Below are positions 8,064 through 16,744 of a stretch of DNA of 64,000 nt, in pieces (positions within the stretch are counted from its first letter, which is position 1; every line of letters starts with the position of its first letter). A program made the translations under genes and the position numbers. Location: contig JAGCVL010000006.1 of NCBI GenBank assembly GCA_017962365.1, positions 769 through 64,768 on the forward strand, read 5' to 3'. The notes beneath the pieces were generated by a model that saw only the letters and a list, made by a program, of their open reading frames with translations, was not told the origin of the DNA and made no database searches. The stretch comes from Candidatus Saccharimonadota bacterium (GTDB lineage: Bacteria > Patescibacteriota > Saccharimonadia > Saccharimonadales > Saccharimonadaceae).

Positions 8064-8771
8064 TTATAGCACAGAAGCGTCTTTGATGTCGTATTTTCCA
8101 ACTTTGGTGCGGCGAAGAGCGGTGAGGTAGGCGCCGGTGCCGAGAGCTTTTCCGATATCTTCGGCGAGAGCTCTAATGTAAGTTCCGCTTGAGACTTCGC
8201 AACGGATTTTTAGTGTCGGATAGTTATATTCTAAAATTTCAATATTATAAATAGTGACTTCACGTGTCGGAGTTTCAAAATCTTTGCCAGCGCGAGCAAG
8301 CTTATAGGCTCTCTCGCCATTAATCTTTATGGCGCTGAAAGCTGGGACTTTTTGATTGATTTTACCAATAAAACTCTGGAGACAAGATTCAATTATATTC
8401 AGCTCGGGGCGCGTCGCTCGCTCCCGTCGCCACGGGGCTCGCGCGCTAATCCTCGCCTTGCCAGGCTCCGGACCCCCTTCGCTTGAATATAATTGAATCT
8501 CGCCTTCGGGGTCGCCGGTGGAGGAGGTGTAACCGAGTTTTAGCTCGGCGATGTATTCTTTGTCGAGCTTTAAGAATTCATTGGATTTTTTGGTCATTTT
8601 GCCAGTAAGGAGGATTAAAAGGCCGGTGGCGAAAGGATCGAGAGTGCCGGTGTGGCCGACTTTGACTTTGTGGCCGAGTTCGGTTTTTAAACGTCCGCGG
8701 ACTTTGGCGACGACGCCAAAGCTGGAAATGCCAGCGGGTTTATCAATAAGAATTATTTGATTTTCATCCAT
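8064..8771 (-). CDS. truB: tRNA pseudouridine(55) synthase carrying a GC-rich in-frame insertion
   Basis: LIDKPAGISSFGVV, the catalytic-Asp motif GHTGTLDPFATGLL and PAFSAIKINGERAYKLAR are present. The start was set at MDENQ (8771), because the longer ORF overlaps rpsO. Confidence 0.88.
   Translation of the reverse strand: MDENQIILIDKPAGISSFGVVAKVRGRLKTELGHKVKVGHTGTLDPFATGLLILLTGKMTKKSNEFLKLDKEYIAELKLGYTSSTGDPEGEIQLYSSEGGPEPGKARISARAPWRRERATRPELNIIESCLQSFIGKINQKVPAFSAIKINGERAYKLARAGKDFETPTREVTIYNIEILEYNYPTLKIRCEVSSGTYIRALAEDIGKALGTGAYLTALRRTKVGKYDIKDASVL
8385..8500. repeat. GC-rich palindromic insertion element, in frame within truB
   Basis: Perfect 17-bp inverted arms agattcaattatattca (8385-8401) / tgaatataattgaatct (8484-8500). 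The core gctcggggcgcgtc...cccgtcgccacggg...gcgctaat...gctccggacccccttcgc is about 80% identical to the der copy. Confidence 0.85.
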
Positions 8772-8777
8772 TGCATA

Positions 8778-8799
8778 ATTATAACAGATGTGATATAAT
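8778..8799. promoter_or_regulatory. Back-to-back extended -10 boxes for truB (minus strand, 8778-8786) and rpsO (plus strand, 8791-8799), each 6 nt from its ATG
   Basis: The minus strand reads TGTTATAAT-tatgca-ATG and the plus strand reads TGATATAAT-gaggca-ATG. Confidence 0.6.
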
Positions 8800-8805
8800 G
8801 AGGCA

Positions 8806-9072
8806 ATGATAACAAAAGAGAATAAAGATAAGGCTATTGCCAGCGTCGCTCGAGATAAGAAAGATGTTGGTTCTCCTGAAGTACAAGTGGCTATTCTTAC
8901 GGCTCGCATCAAAGAGGTGACTGAGCACGTTAAGAATAACAAACATGACTTTATGGCCAAAAGAGGTCTGATGCAGATGGTCGGGAAGCGCAAGAAGCTT
9001 CTCAAGTACCTCGAGACGACTGATTTTGAGCTATACAAGAAGACTGTCGCCAAGCTCGGACTTAGGAAATAG
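8806..9072 (+). CDS. rpsO: 30S ribosomal protein S15
   Basis: GSPEVQVAILTARIKEVTEHVKNNKHDFMAKRGLMQMVGKRKKLLKYL is typical of S15. Confidence 0.95.
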   Translation: MITKENKDKAIASVARDKKDVGSPEVQVAILTARIKEVTEHVKNNKHDFMAKRGLMQMVGKRKKLLKYLETTDFELYKKTVAKLGLRK

Positions 9073-9083
9073 TAAAAAAGGAA

Positions 9084-9113
9084 AAACCCGTCGGTAAAAC
9101 CGGCGGGTTTTTG
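9084..9113 (+). terminator. Rho-independent terminator after rpsO
   Basis: The hairpin aaacccgtcgg-taaaa-ccggcgggttt is followed by a T-run. Confidence 0.8.
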
Positions 9114-9128
9114 ATTTTAATGTGCGGG

Positions 9129-9455
9129 TCAGAAGCCAAGATTGGTATTATCCATGGCTTCCTGAAAAGCCTCAAGGAAGTTTGATATGTCTCGATACGT
9201 TAGGTTGTTTTTTTCGAAACTAACTAACACGTCGAAAATATCTCCTCTTTTGGGATTTGGCTTTACCTCGAACGTAGCATTCTCGTCCGTGAGAATGGTT
9301 GTTCTGAAGAAAGCGTTGCCGATGGTGGCAGCCAAAGGATGACCAGACAAAGTCTTTTCATCATTTTGCTGCCGGAAGGATTTAATCTTTATCTCGAGCT
9401 TACGGATTGTCCGCTTATCGTCGAGGTGGTACTCGACGTGAACAACATTGACCAT
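9129..9455 (-). CDS. Hypothetical protein (108 aa) on the opposite strand between rpsO and pnp
   Basis: It has a clean ORF with a strong upstream SD on the minus strand (aagggggtgaaaaaATG). I recognise no family. Confidence 0.55.
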   Translation of the reverse strand: MVNVVHVEYHLDDKRTIRKLEIKIKSFRQQNDEKTLSGHPLAATIGNAFFRTTILTDENATFEVKPNPKRGDIFDVLVSFEKNNLTYRDISNFLEAFQEAMDNTNLGF

Positions 9456-9498
9456 TTTTTCACCCCCTTAGGATCAACTCTTTCTATTATATCACACT

Positions 9499-9527
9499 TT
9501 GCAAAAAAAGTCAAGGGGTGGTATAAT
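9499..9527 (+). promoter_or_regulatory. Sigma70-type promoter for pnp (TTGCAA-17-TGgTATAAT) with a leader of about 85 nt
   Basis: The -35 box is at 9499-9504 and the extended -10 at 9519-9527, with 17-nt spacing. Confidence 0.6.
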
Positions 9528-9611
9528 GAAAACAACATTAACAATAGAGAAGACGGCAGATATGGGGCAAGGGGCCTATACCTGAAGTTTTCTCTAAGAA
9601 AGGATATTTTC

Positions 9612-11789
9612 ATGGAAATTATAAACCCAATGGGCAAGAAGACTGTCCAAGTGTCTACCGATTGGCTGGGGCGGAAATTGACACTCGAGGTAAACCGAGT
9701 CGGGTTTAGGACGACTTCGTCGGTCCTAGTAACCTATGGCGATACCGTAGTACTCGGGAGCGTAGTTGTAGGGACGAAGCCGGTAGTGCAGGACTTTTTT
9801 CCATTATCAATTGACTACGAAGAGAAGTATTATGCGGCCGGTAAGATTTCGTCGTCGCGATTTATTAAGCGCGAGGGGAAACCGGCAGATGAGGCGGTGC
9901 TCGTAGGGCGGCTAATTGACCGACCGATTCGGCCACTTTTCCCGAAGGGCTATCGGCAGGAAGTACAGGTGGTCTGCACGGTGCTTTCGATGGACCCGAA
10001 TTTTAGGCCAGACTGCGTAGCGATGATTGCGGCAAGTGCGGCTTTGATGAATGCTGGTGTGCCATTTGATGGACCAGTGGCGGGGATTCGGATTGGGCGA
10101 ATTGGCGGAGAATTTAAGGGATTCCTAAGCCATGAAGAGCGAGAAATTTCACCGATGGATCTTGTGGTAGCTTGCAAAGACGGCAAGATTATGATGGTGG
10201 AAGCTGGTATGAAAGAAGTACCAGAAGAGACGATTATTGAAGCGATGCACTGGGCGGTGAAAAATGTCCAGCCAGCACTAGATTTGCAGAGGGAGCTTGC
10301 CAAGCTAGTGGCGGCGCCGGAGCAGGAATATGAATTAGTCTTGCCGGACGAAGCAGTGATTGAAGAGGTTGCTAAGTGGACCGAGGGGAAGTTTGGTTCA
10401 AAGATTCGTGGCAACGTGATGGAACGCGCGCATATTTTGGATGATATTAAATATGCAATGCATGATGAGTTTGCGCTTTCTAAGGGTGAGGGTGAGACTG
10501 ACAACGAAAAAGTTGCGTGGTATGATGAGAATTTGCGTGATGTGTATGACCAGGCGTTTGAGCTTGCGGTGTTTAAAGAAGTGCGTCGCGGTATTGTAGA
10601 AGAGGGTATACGTCCAGATGGACGAAAGCTGAACGAGGTGAGGCCTTTGTCGTCGCAGGTGTCGATTTTGCCGCGAGTACACGGGTCGTCGCTCTTTACG
10701 CGTGGTGTGACGCAGGCGATGAATATTGTAACATTGGCACCTTTGTCGTATGCACAGGAAGTGGATACGATGGAAGTGACTGATGGTAAGAGGCGCTATA
10801 TGCATCACTACAATGCGCCGTCATATACGGTGGGTGAGCCAGGTCGGATTGGGTCGCCTGGGCGACGTGAGATTGGGCATGGCTATCTTGCAGAGCGCGC
10901 ACTTTTGCCAGTTTTGCCATCTGAAGAAGAGTTCCCTTATGCGATTCGCTCGGTGACTGAGATTATGTCGCAAAATGGTTCTACTTCAATGGCAGCGACC
11001 TGCTCGTCTTGTATGGCTTTGATGGATGCTGGTGTGCCTCTCAAGCGGCCAGTGTCTGGCGTGGCGATGGGCCTCATGGTAGATGTGCCAAAAGGTACGC
11101 CGATTGAAACTTCGGACATTGATAAGGCATATGTATTGACGGATCTTATGGATGCAGAAGATTTTGCAGGTGATATGGACTTTAAGGTGACTGGTACGAC
11201 CGAGGGTGTGACGGCGCTTCAAATGGATATGAAAGTTCATGGTCTTCCGGTAGAAATCATGGAAAAGGCTTTGAAACAGTCGCATGAAGGTAGAATGTTT
11301 ATTCTTGATCATATCCTAAGTGTGATTCCGGAGCCGAAGAAGCAGATTTCGGAATATGCGCCGCGGATTGAAAAGTTGATGATCAATCCAGATAAGATTG
11401 GTGCGGTGATCGGTAAGGGTGGTGAGACGATTAACAAGATTACTTCAGAAACTGGTGCAGAAGTAAATATTGAAGACGACGGCCTCGTGACGATTTCTGG
11501 TAATGACCCGGAGAAGATTGCGAGAGCGCTAGAGTGGGTAAAATCTTTGACCGAGGAACCAGAAGTTGGGAAAGTTTACACTGGTACAGTGGTAACAATT
11601 AAAGATTTCGGGGCATTTGTAAATATTATGCCAGGGATTGATGGAATGCTTCATATCTCGCAAATCGTAGAGGGGAAGAGGCTAAAGAGCGTAGAAGAAG
11701 TACTCCACGTGGGCGATAAAGTAAAGGTGCGCCTAGTCGCTATTGACCACGGAAAGTTGTCGCTCAGTATGATTGGGGTGGAGCAATAA
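9612..11789 (+). CDS. pnp: Polyribonucleotide nucleotidyltransferase (PNPase)
   Basis: It has two RNase PH domains, a KH motif (IGKGGETINKI) and an S1 motif (GKVYTGTVVTIKDFGAFV). The start was trimmed to MEIINPMGKK. Confidence 0.95.
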   Translation: MEIINPMGKKTVQVSTDWLGRKLTLEVNRVGFRTTSSVLVTYGDTVVLGSVVVGTKPVVQDFFPLSIDYEEKYYAAGKISSSRFIKREGKPADEAVLVGRLIDRPIRPLFPKGYRQEVQVVCTVLSMDPNFRPDCVAMIAASAALMNAGVPFDGPVAGIRIGRIGGEFKGFLSHEEREISPMDLVVACKDGKIMMVEAGMKEVPEETIIEAMHWAVKNVQPALDLQRELAKLVAAPEQEYELVLPDEAVIEEVAKWTEGKFGSKIRGNVMERAHILDDIKYAMHDEFALSKGEGETDNEKVAWYDENLRDVYDQAFELAVFKEVRRGIVEEGIRPDGRKLNEVRPLSSQVSILPRVHGSSLFTRGVTQAMNIVTLAPLSYAQEVDTMEVTDGKRRYMHHYNAPSYTVGEPGRIGSPGRREIGHGYLAERALLPVLPSEEEFPYAIRSVTEIMSQNGSTSMAATCSSCMALMDAGVPLKRPVSGVAMGLMVDVPKGTPIETSDIDKAYVLTDLMDAEDFAGDMDFKVTGTTEGVTALQMDMKVHGLPVEIMEKALKQSHEGRMFILDHILSVIPEPKKQISEYAPRIEKLMINPDKIGAVIGKGGETINKITSETGAEVNIEDDGLVTISGNDPEKIARALEWVKSLTEEPEVGKVYTGTVVTIKDFGAFVNIMPGIDGMLHISQIVEGKRLKSVEEVLHVGDKVKVRLVAIDHGKLSLSMIGVEQ

Positions 11790-11796
11790 CTAAATA

Positions 11797-11821
11797 AAAG
11801 CTCCCTCTAGGGAGCTTTTAA
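11797..11821 (+). terminator. Rho-independent terminator after pnp
   Basis: Hairpin aaagctccc-tcta-gggagcttt. Confidence 0.75.
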
Positions 11822-11844
11822 AGATATGTTATAATATATAATAT

Positions 11845-13692
11845 ATGGAAAAAATCCGGAATTTTTGTATTATTGCGCATATTGATCATGGGAAGTCGAC
11901 AATTGCTGATCGGATGATGGAGCTTACCGGTACGGTAGAAAAACGTGAGATGAAAGAACAGCTCCTAGACTCAATGGAGCTAGAGCGAGAAAAAGGTATC
12001 ACGATTAAACTGACACCGGTGACGATGAAATGGAAAGGGCATACACTGAACCTGATTGATACGCCGGGGCATGTGGATTTTTCGTACGAGGTATCGCGGT
12101 CGCTTCAGGCGGTAGAGTCAGCCGTATTAGTGGTAGATGCAACGCAAGGGATTCAGGCGCAGACGTTGGCAAATGTGTATCTTGCGATTGAGCAAGACCT
12201 CAAGATTATTCCAGTAATAAATAAAGTTGACTTGCCGGCGGCAGACGTGGAGGGCACGGCGGCGCAGATTATGAACTTGCTCGGATGTTCGCGCGAAGAA
12301 ATCATTGAGGCATCTGGTAAAACAGGATTCGGAGTAGATAAAATATTGGATGCGGTAATAAGTAGAGGGCCTGAACCAAGGGTTGTTTCTCGGGATGGGT
12401 CGCTTGGCCTCAGATCTTCCATTACTAAAGCATTGATATTTGATTCGTATTTTGATGATTATCGGGGGGTAGTGCTGTATGTGAGGATTTTTGAGGGGGA
12501 GATAGCGAAAAATGCAGAGATTTTAATGATGGCGGCGGGGACAAAGGGGCTGGCACTTGAAGTTGGGATTTTGACACCAAAGATGAAGTCGCAGGAGAAG
12601 CTAAGCGAGGGGCAGATTGGCTATATCGTGACGAATCTTAAGACCACGCGTGAGGCAAAAGTGGGTGATACAGTGACGTTAGCTAAGGGATTGGCGATAA
12701 AAAAGGATGAGGGCGGAACGGAAGTATTTGACACAAGTGGCAAAAAACTTGAGCCGCTACCTGGTTACAAAAATGTGTTGCCGTTTGTATATGCAGGTTT
12801 TTTCCCGGTGTCAAATGATCAGTATAAGGAATTAAAGGAGGCGATTGAAAAATTGTCGCTTTCGGATTCGGCGCTTCGGTATGAGCCGGAGAATTCACCG
12901 GTCTTAGGGTTTGGGCTTCGGATTGGATTTCTAGGTCTACTTCACATGGATATTATTAAGGAAAGGTTGGAACGGGAATTCGGATTAGATTTAATTGTGA
13001 CAAACCCGAGCACAAATTATGAAGTAGTGATGAATAATGGTGAGGTGCTAGAAATTAAATCCGCAGCGGATTTACCGGATGCGAGTGAAATTCGCGAGAT
13101 TCGGGAGCCGTGGGTAAAAGGTGAAATTATTGTACCGAAGCCAATGATTGGCAATGTACTAAATCTTATTAATGCTAAACGCGGGCATCAGACTAGCGTG
13201 TCATATATCGAAGAGCGAGCGGTGATTGATTTTGAAGCGCCGATGGCGAATCTTTTGACGGATTTTTATGACCAATTAAAATCGGCGACTAGTGGATACG
13301 CGTCGTTTAATTATGAATTAAATGGTTATCGGGCGGATGATTTGGTGCGGATAGATTTTCTGGTGGCTGGACACAAAATGGATGCACTTTCGGTGATGGC
13401 GCATCGGTCGGAGGCGGATGGAATTGGCCGCGAAGTGACAAAGAAATTAAAAGAAGTGATACCGCGTCAAAATTATGAAGTGGCTTTACAGGCGGCAATC
13501 GGGGCTAGGGTGATTGCGCGTGAGACGATTGGCGCGTATCGTAAGGATGTGACGGTAAAGATTCATACGGGCGACCGTGATAGAAAAGCGAAGTTGCTTG
13601 AAAAACAGAAGCGTGGTAAAGCGCGAATGAAGCGGTTTGGTAAAGTAGATATTCCGAGCGAAGCATTTACTGTAATGTTGAAACGTGATTAA
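11845..13692 (+). CDS. lepA: Translation elongation factor 4
   Basis: G motifs AHIDHGKST, DTPGHVDF and NKVDL are present, along with the LepA-specific C-terminus (KKLLEKQKRGKARMKRFGKVDIP). Confidence 0.95.
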   Translation: MEKIRNFCIIAHIDHGKSTIADRMMELTGTVEKREMKEQLLDSMELEREKGITIKLTPVTMKWKGHTLNLIDTPGHVDFSYEVSRSLQAVESAVLVVDATQGIQAQTLANVYLAIEQDLKIIPVINKVDLPAADVEGTAAQIMNLLGCSREEIIEASGKTGFGVDKILDAVISRGPEPRVVSRDGSLGLRSSITKALIFDSYFDDYRGVVLYVRIFEGEIAKNAEILMMAAGTKGLALEVGILTPKMKSQEKLSEGQIGYIVTNLKTTREAKVGDTVTLAKGLAIKKDEGGTEVFDTSGKKLEPLPGYKNVLPFVYAGFFPVSNDQYKELKEAIEKLSLSDSALRYEPENSPVLGFGLRIGFLGLLHMDIIKERLEREFGLDLIVTNPSTNYEVVMNNGEVLEIKSAADLPDASEIREIREPWVKGEIIVPKPMIGNVLNLINAKRGHQTSVSYIEERAVIDFEAPMANLLTDFYDQLKSATSGYASFNYELNGYRADDLVRIDFLVAGHKMDALSVMAHRSEADGIGREVTKKLKEVIPRQNYEVALQAAIGARVIARETIGAYRKDVTVKIHTGDRDRKAKLLEKQKRGKARMKRFGKVDIPSEAFTVMLKRD

Positions 13693-13710
13693 GTATGATA
13701 TAATAAGCTT

Positions 13711-14478
13711 ATGATAAATAAGCTAAAATGCAAGTTGAAACGTGGGGATACATTGATAGAAGTGACTATTGCGATCGGGATTTTTTCGATGATTGCAATT
13801 ATGGCTGTGCTAGTGGTGAATACTTCGATTTCTGGTACGCAGGCTGCACTTGAAAACACCGTAACTAGAGAAGAGATAAATACTCAAGCTGAGGCACTTA
13901 GATTTATTCAGGCAGCATATGTGGCTGATAAGAATGAAAATAATGAAGAGTCTAGTAAGTACGGTAAACTTTGGCAGGAGATGGTGAGTCTAGCTAGGGA
14001 GCTAGGGAAAGATGAGGTCGATGATGCAAATTTCTTAAATTATCGTCCTGCAACTTGTAGTGACCTGTATGGTGAAAATGGGATTAAACGGCAAGGGGCT
14101 TTCATTTTGAATGTGAGGGCGCTTGATTCGGATGATGTGGATGATATTCTAGTGTCTATTGAAAAGAAGCCGGATATTTTCCAGGCGACTACCTCGTATC
14201 CTAGAATTATATATAAATATGGTGATGGTACGGTGGACTATGGTGAAGTTTTGTATAGTCCAGCTGGTAGTGATGCGGCGATAGATGGCGTAGAGGGGAT
14301 TTATATTGTGGCGGCGAGAGATAAAAATAGCACCAATATAATTTCCGATGATGGCGTAAAACCAGCGTCGGCATTTATTGATTTTTATATTAGAACTTGT
14401 TGGTATACGATGAATGCACAGCGTCCATCGACGATTTCGACTGTGGTGAGACTTTATAATCCAGATTATCAAAACTAA
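13711..14478 (+). CDS. Type IV prepilin-like protein (N-terminal cleavage/methylation-type motif)
   Basis: KRGDTLIEVTIAIGIFSMIAIMAVLVV resembles the G-(F/T)TLIE plus hydrophobic helix signature. Confidence 0.65.
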   Translation: MINKLKCKLKRGDTLIEVTIAIGIFSMIAIMAVLVVNTSISGTQAALENTVTREEINTQAEALRFIQAAYVADKNENNEESSKYGKLWQEMVSLARELGKDEVDDANFLNYRPATCSDLYGENGIKRQGAFILNVRALDSDDVDDILVSIEKKPDIFQATTSYPRIIYKYGDGTVDYGEVLYSPAGSDAAIDGVEGIYIVAARDKNSTNIISDDGVKPASAFIDFYIRTCWYTMNAQRPSTISTVVRLYNPDYQN

Positions 14479-14500
14479 AAAAGCAGCCGTAAGGCTGTCT

Positions 14501-14575
14501 TGGTCTGGGATACCAGGCTCGAACTGGCGACCTCACGCCCCCCAGGCGTGCGCGCTACCACTGCGCCAATCCCAG
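14501..14575 (-). tRNA. tRNA-Pro (anticodon GGG), CCA encoded
   Basis: Hand-folded cloverleaf: acceptor CTGGGAT/ATCCCAG, anticodon stem CACGC/GCGTG, loop CTGGGGG, T-loop TTCGAGC. Confidence 0.9.
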
Positions 14576-14584
14576 TCATTTTAG

Positions 14585-14660
14585 TGGTCTGGGTGACCTG
14601 ACTTGAACAGGCGACCTCGGCGTCCCGAACGCCGCGCGCTACCAACTGCGCCACACCCAG
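14585..14660 (-). tRNA. tRNA-Pro (anticodon CGG), CCA encoded
   Basis: Hand-folded cloverleaf: acceptor CTGGGTG/CACCCAG, anticodon stem CGGCG/CGCCG, loop TTCGGGA. Confidence 0.9.
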
Positions 14661-14667
14661 AAATAAA

Positions 14668-14743
14668 TGGTCTGGGTGACAGGACTTGAACCTGCGACCT
14701 CAACGTCCCAAACGTTGCGCGCTACCAACTGTGCTACACCCAG
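14668..14743 (-). tRNA. tRNA-Pro (anticodon UGG), CCA encoded
   Basis: Hand-folded cloverleaf: acceptor CTGGGTG/CACCCAG, anticodon stem CAACG/CGTTG, loop TTTGGGA. Confidence 0.9.
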
Positions 14744-14807
14744 ATATATTCATTATATCACAAAACTATAAAATATGGTAGAATAGAAATATTAAGGAGA
14801 TAAAAAA

Positions 14808-16736
14808 GTGGTAAGACAAAAGCCGAATGTGAACGTAAATGGCAGTGCCCTAAATGCTGGCAAATCCAATACCGTACGAAGTACGATGTTTTTCTTTATA
14901 ATGATTTTGTTTGCGGTGGCGATAGTAATAAATATGAACGGCAAAGGTACGGCTACAAAGACCGAGGTGCCAATTTCTGAAGTAATACAGCGCGCAAATG
15001 ATCCAGAAGGAAATATTGCAAAGATTACAGTTTCTGGTGATGCGCTCGAGATTACCTTGAAGGGCAAAGATGAGCCAACCGAGACATCACGAAAGGATGC
15101 ATCTGGGACTTTATATGATCAAGGTTTGAAGAATTATTGTGATGGCATGGATGGTGATGAGCTAGCTAAGTGTCAAGAGACTTATCCAGTGATTGAATAT
15201 AAAGAGGATGTAAATGTGTGGGGAGCGGTGCTCGATGTGGCGTTGACGGTGTTGCCGATTATTGCGATTGTGGTGTTTTTCTCTTGGATGATGCGGCAAG
15301 CAAATGCGGCAAGCGACAAGTCTTTGTCATTTGGTAAAGCGAGAGCGCAACTTTATGGTCCAGATAAAAAGAAAGTGACATTTAACGATGTGGCTGGTAA
15401 TGAAGCGGCGAAGCAGGACTTGACTGAAATTGTGGATTTTTTGAAAAATCCTAAAAAGTACGAAAAGTTGGGTGCAAAGATTCCGCGGGGAGTTTTACTG
15501 GCTGGTGACCCGGGTACTGGTAAAACTTTGATGGCGCGAGCAGTGGCTGGAGAAGCAAGTGTGCCATTCTTCTCGATTTCTGGTTCGGAATTTGCGGAGA
15601 TGTTTGTGGGTGTTGGTGCTTCGAGGGTGCGAGATTTGTTTTCCAAAGCCAAGAAAAATGCGCCGTCGATTATCTTTATTGATGAGATTGATGCGGTGGC
15701 ACACAAACGTGACGCGAGGGGCGGAGCTGGTCGCGAAGACGAACAGACTTTAAATCAGATTCTCGTGGAGATGGATGGGTTTGATAATGATTCTGGCGTG
15801 ATTGTGATGGCGGCGACAAACCGAGTTGATATGCTTGATAAGGCACTCTTGCGGCCGGGACGTTTTGACCGACATGTCAATGTGACTCTGCCGGAAAGGA
15901 AAGACCGATTGGAAATTTTGAAGGTGCATTTTAAGGGTAAGCCAGTAGAAGCGGATGTGGACCTTGAGGCGCTTGCGAAGAAAACAGCTGGGTCGAGTGG
16001 TGCGGATCTTGCAAACATTGCAAACGAGGCAGCGATTACGGCGGCGCGTGGTGGACACAAGGCGATATCGAATGCGGATCTGACGGAGGCGTTTGAGCGA
16101 GTGGCGATTGGGCCAGAGCGAAAGTCTAAAGTGATGAATGAAAAAGAGCGCAAGATTACGGCTTATCATGAGGCGGGACATGCGGTAGTGGGGCATGTAT
16201 TGCCGGATTCCGATCCAGTGCACAAGGTGACGATTATCCCGCGTGGTTCGACCGGTGGCGTGACGTGGTTTTTGCCACCAGAAGACAGAAGCTATAAAAA
16301 TATATATGAGTTGAAAGATATATTGGCGCGAGCGATGGGTGGACGCGTGGCTGAAAAGTTGATTTTCGGGACCGATGCGATTACGACTGGTGCGTCTTCG
16401 GATCTTAAGAATGTGGCTGAACTAGCAAAATCGATGATTGTGGAGGAAGGTATGGGCAAAGAGCTTCGTAACCAAGTATTCCCAAGCGAAGCGACTGGAT
16501 ATTATACGATTGCGACTTCGAAACCTTATTCCGAAAAGACTGCAGAAACGATTGATGCTGAAATTAAAGTATTAGCAGATGAAGCTGCAAAGCGGGCGGA
16601 AGAAGTTTTGAAAGCAAATAAGAAAGTATTAGATAAATTGGCAGAAGAATTACTTGCGCATGAGACTTTGGAAGAAAAAGAGCTAGAACCGATTTTGAAA
16701 GAAGCTAAATTACCAACGGTTGCTAAATTACATTAG
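14808..16736 (+). CDS. ftsH: ATP-dependent zinc metalloprotease FtsH
   Basis: Walker A GDPGTGKT, the AAA SRH region and zinc motif HEAGHAV are present. The GTG start has an AAGGAG SD 8 nt upstream. Confidence 0.95.
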   Translation: MVRQKPNVNVNGSALNAGKSNTVRSTMFFFIMILFAVAIVINMNGKGTATKTEVPISEVIQRANDPEGNIAKITVSGDALEITLKGKDEPTETSRKDASGTLYDQGLKNYCDGMDGDELAKCQETYPVIEYKEDVNVWGAVLDVALTVLPIIAIVVFFSWMMRQANAASDKSLSFGKARAQLYGPDKKKVTFNDVAGNEAAKQDLTEIVDFLKNPKKYEKLGAKIPRGVLLAGDPGTGKTLMARAVAGEASVPFFSISGSEFAEMFVGVGASRVRDLFSKAKKNAPSIIFIDEIDAVAHKRDARGGAGREDEQTLNQILVEMDGFDNDSGVIVMAATNRVDMLDKALLRPGRFDRHVNVTLPERKDRLEILKVHFKGKPVEADVDLEALAKKTAGSSGADLANIANEAAITAARGGHKAISNADLTEAFERVAIGPERKSKVMNEKERKITAYHEAGHAVVGHVLPDSDPVHKVTIIPRGSTGGVTWFLPPEDRSYKNIYELKDILARAMGGRVAEKLIFGTDAITTGASSDLKNVAELAKSMIVEEGMGKELRNQVFPSEATGYYTIATSKPYSEKTAETIDAEIKVLADEAAKRAEEVLKANKKVLDKLAEELLAHETLEEKELEPILKEAKLPTVAKLH

Positions 16737-16744
16737 GAGGTGCC

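Noticed and set aside
8772-9053. N-terminal extension of the truB ORF (the 329-aa version in the ORF track)
   Set aside because: The extension overlaps rpsO on the opposite strand, and its sequence is low-complexity and hydrophobic with no TruB similarity. MDENQIILIDKPAG is a typical TruB start and is preceded by TGTTATAAT at 6-nt spacing.
9339-9611. 5' extension of the pnp ORF (the 816-aa version)
   Set aside because: The extension overlaps the 9129-9455 gene and the predicted pnp promoter at 9499-9527. PNPase homology begins at MEIINPMGKK (9612).
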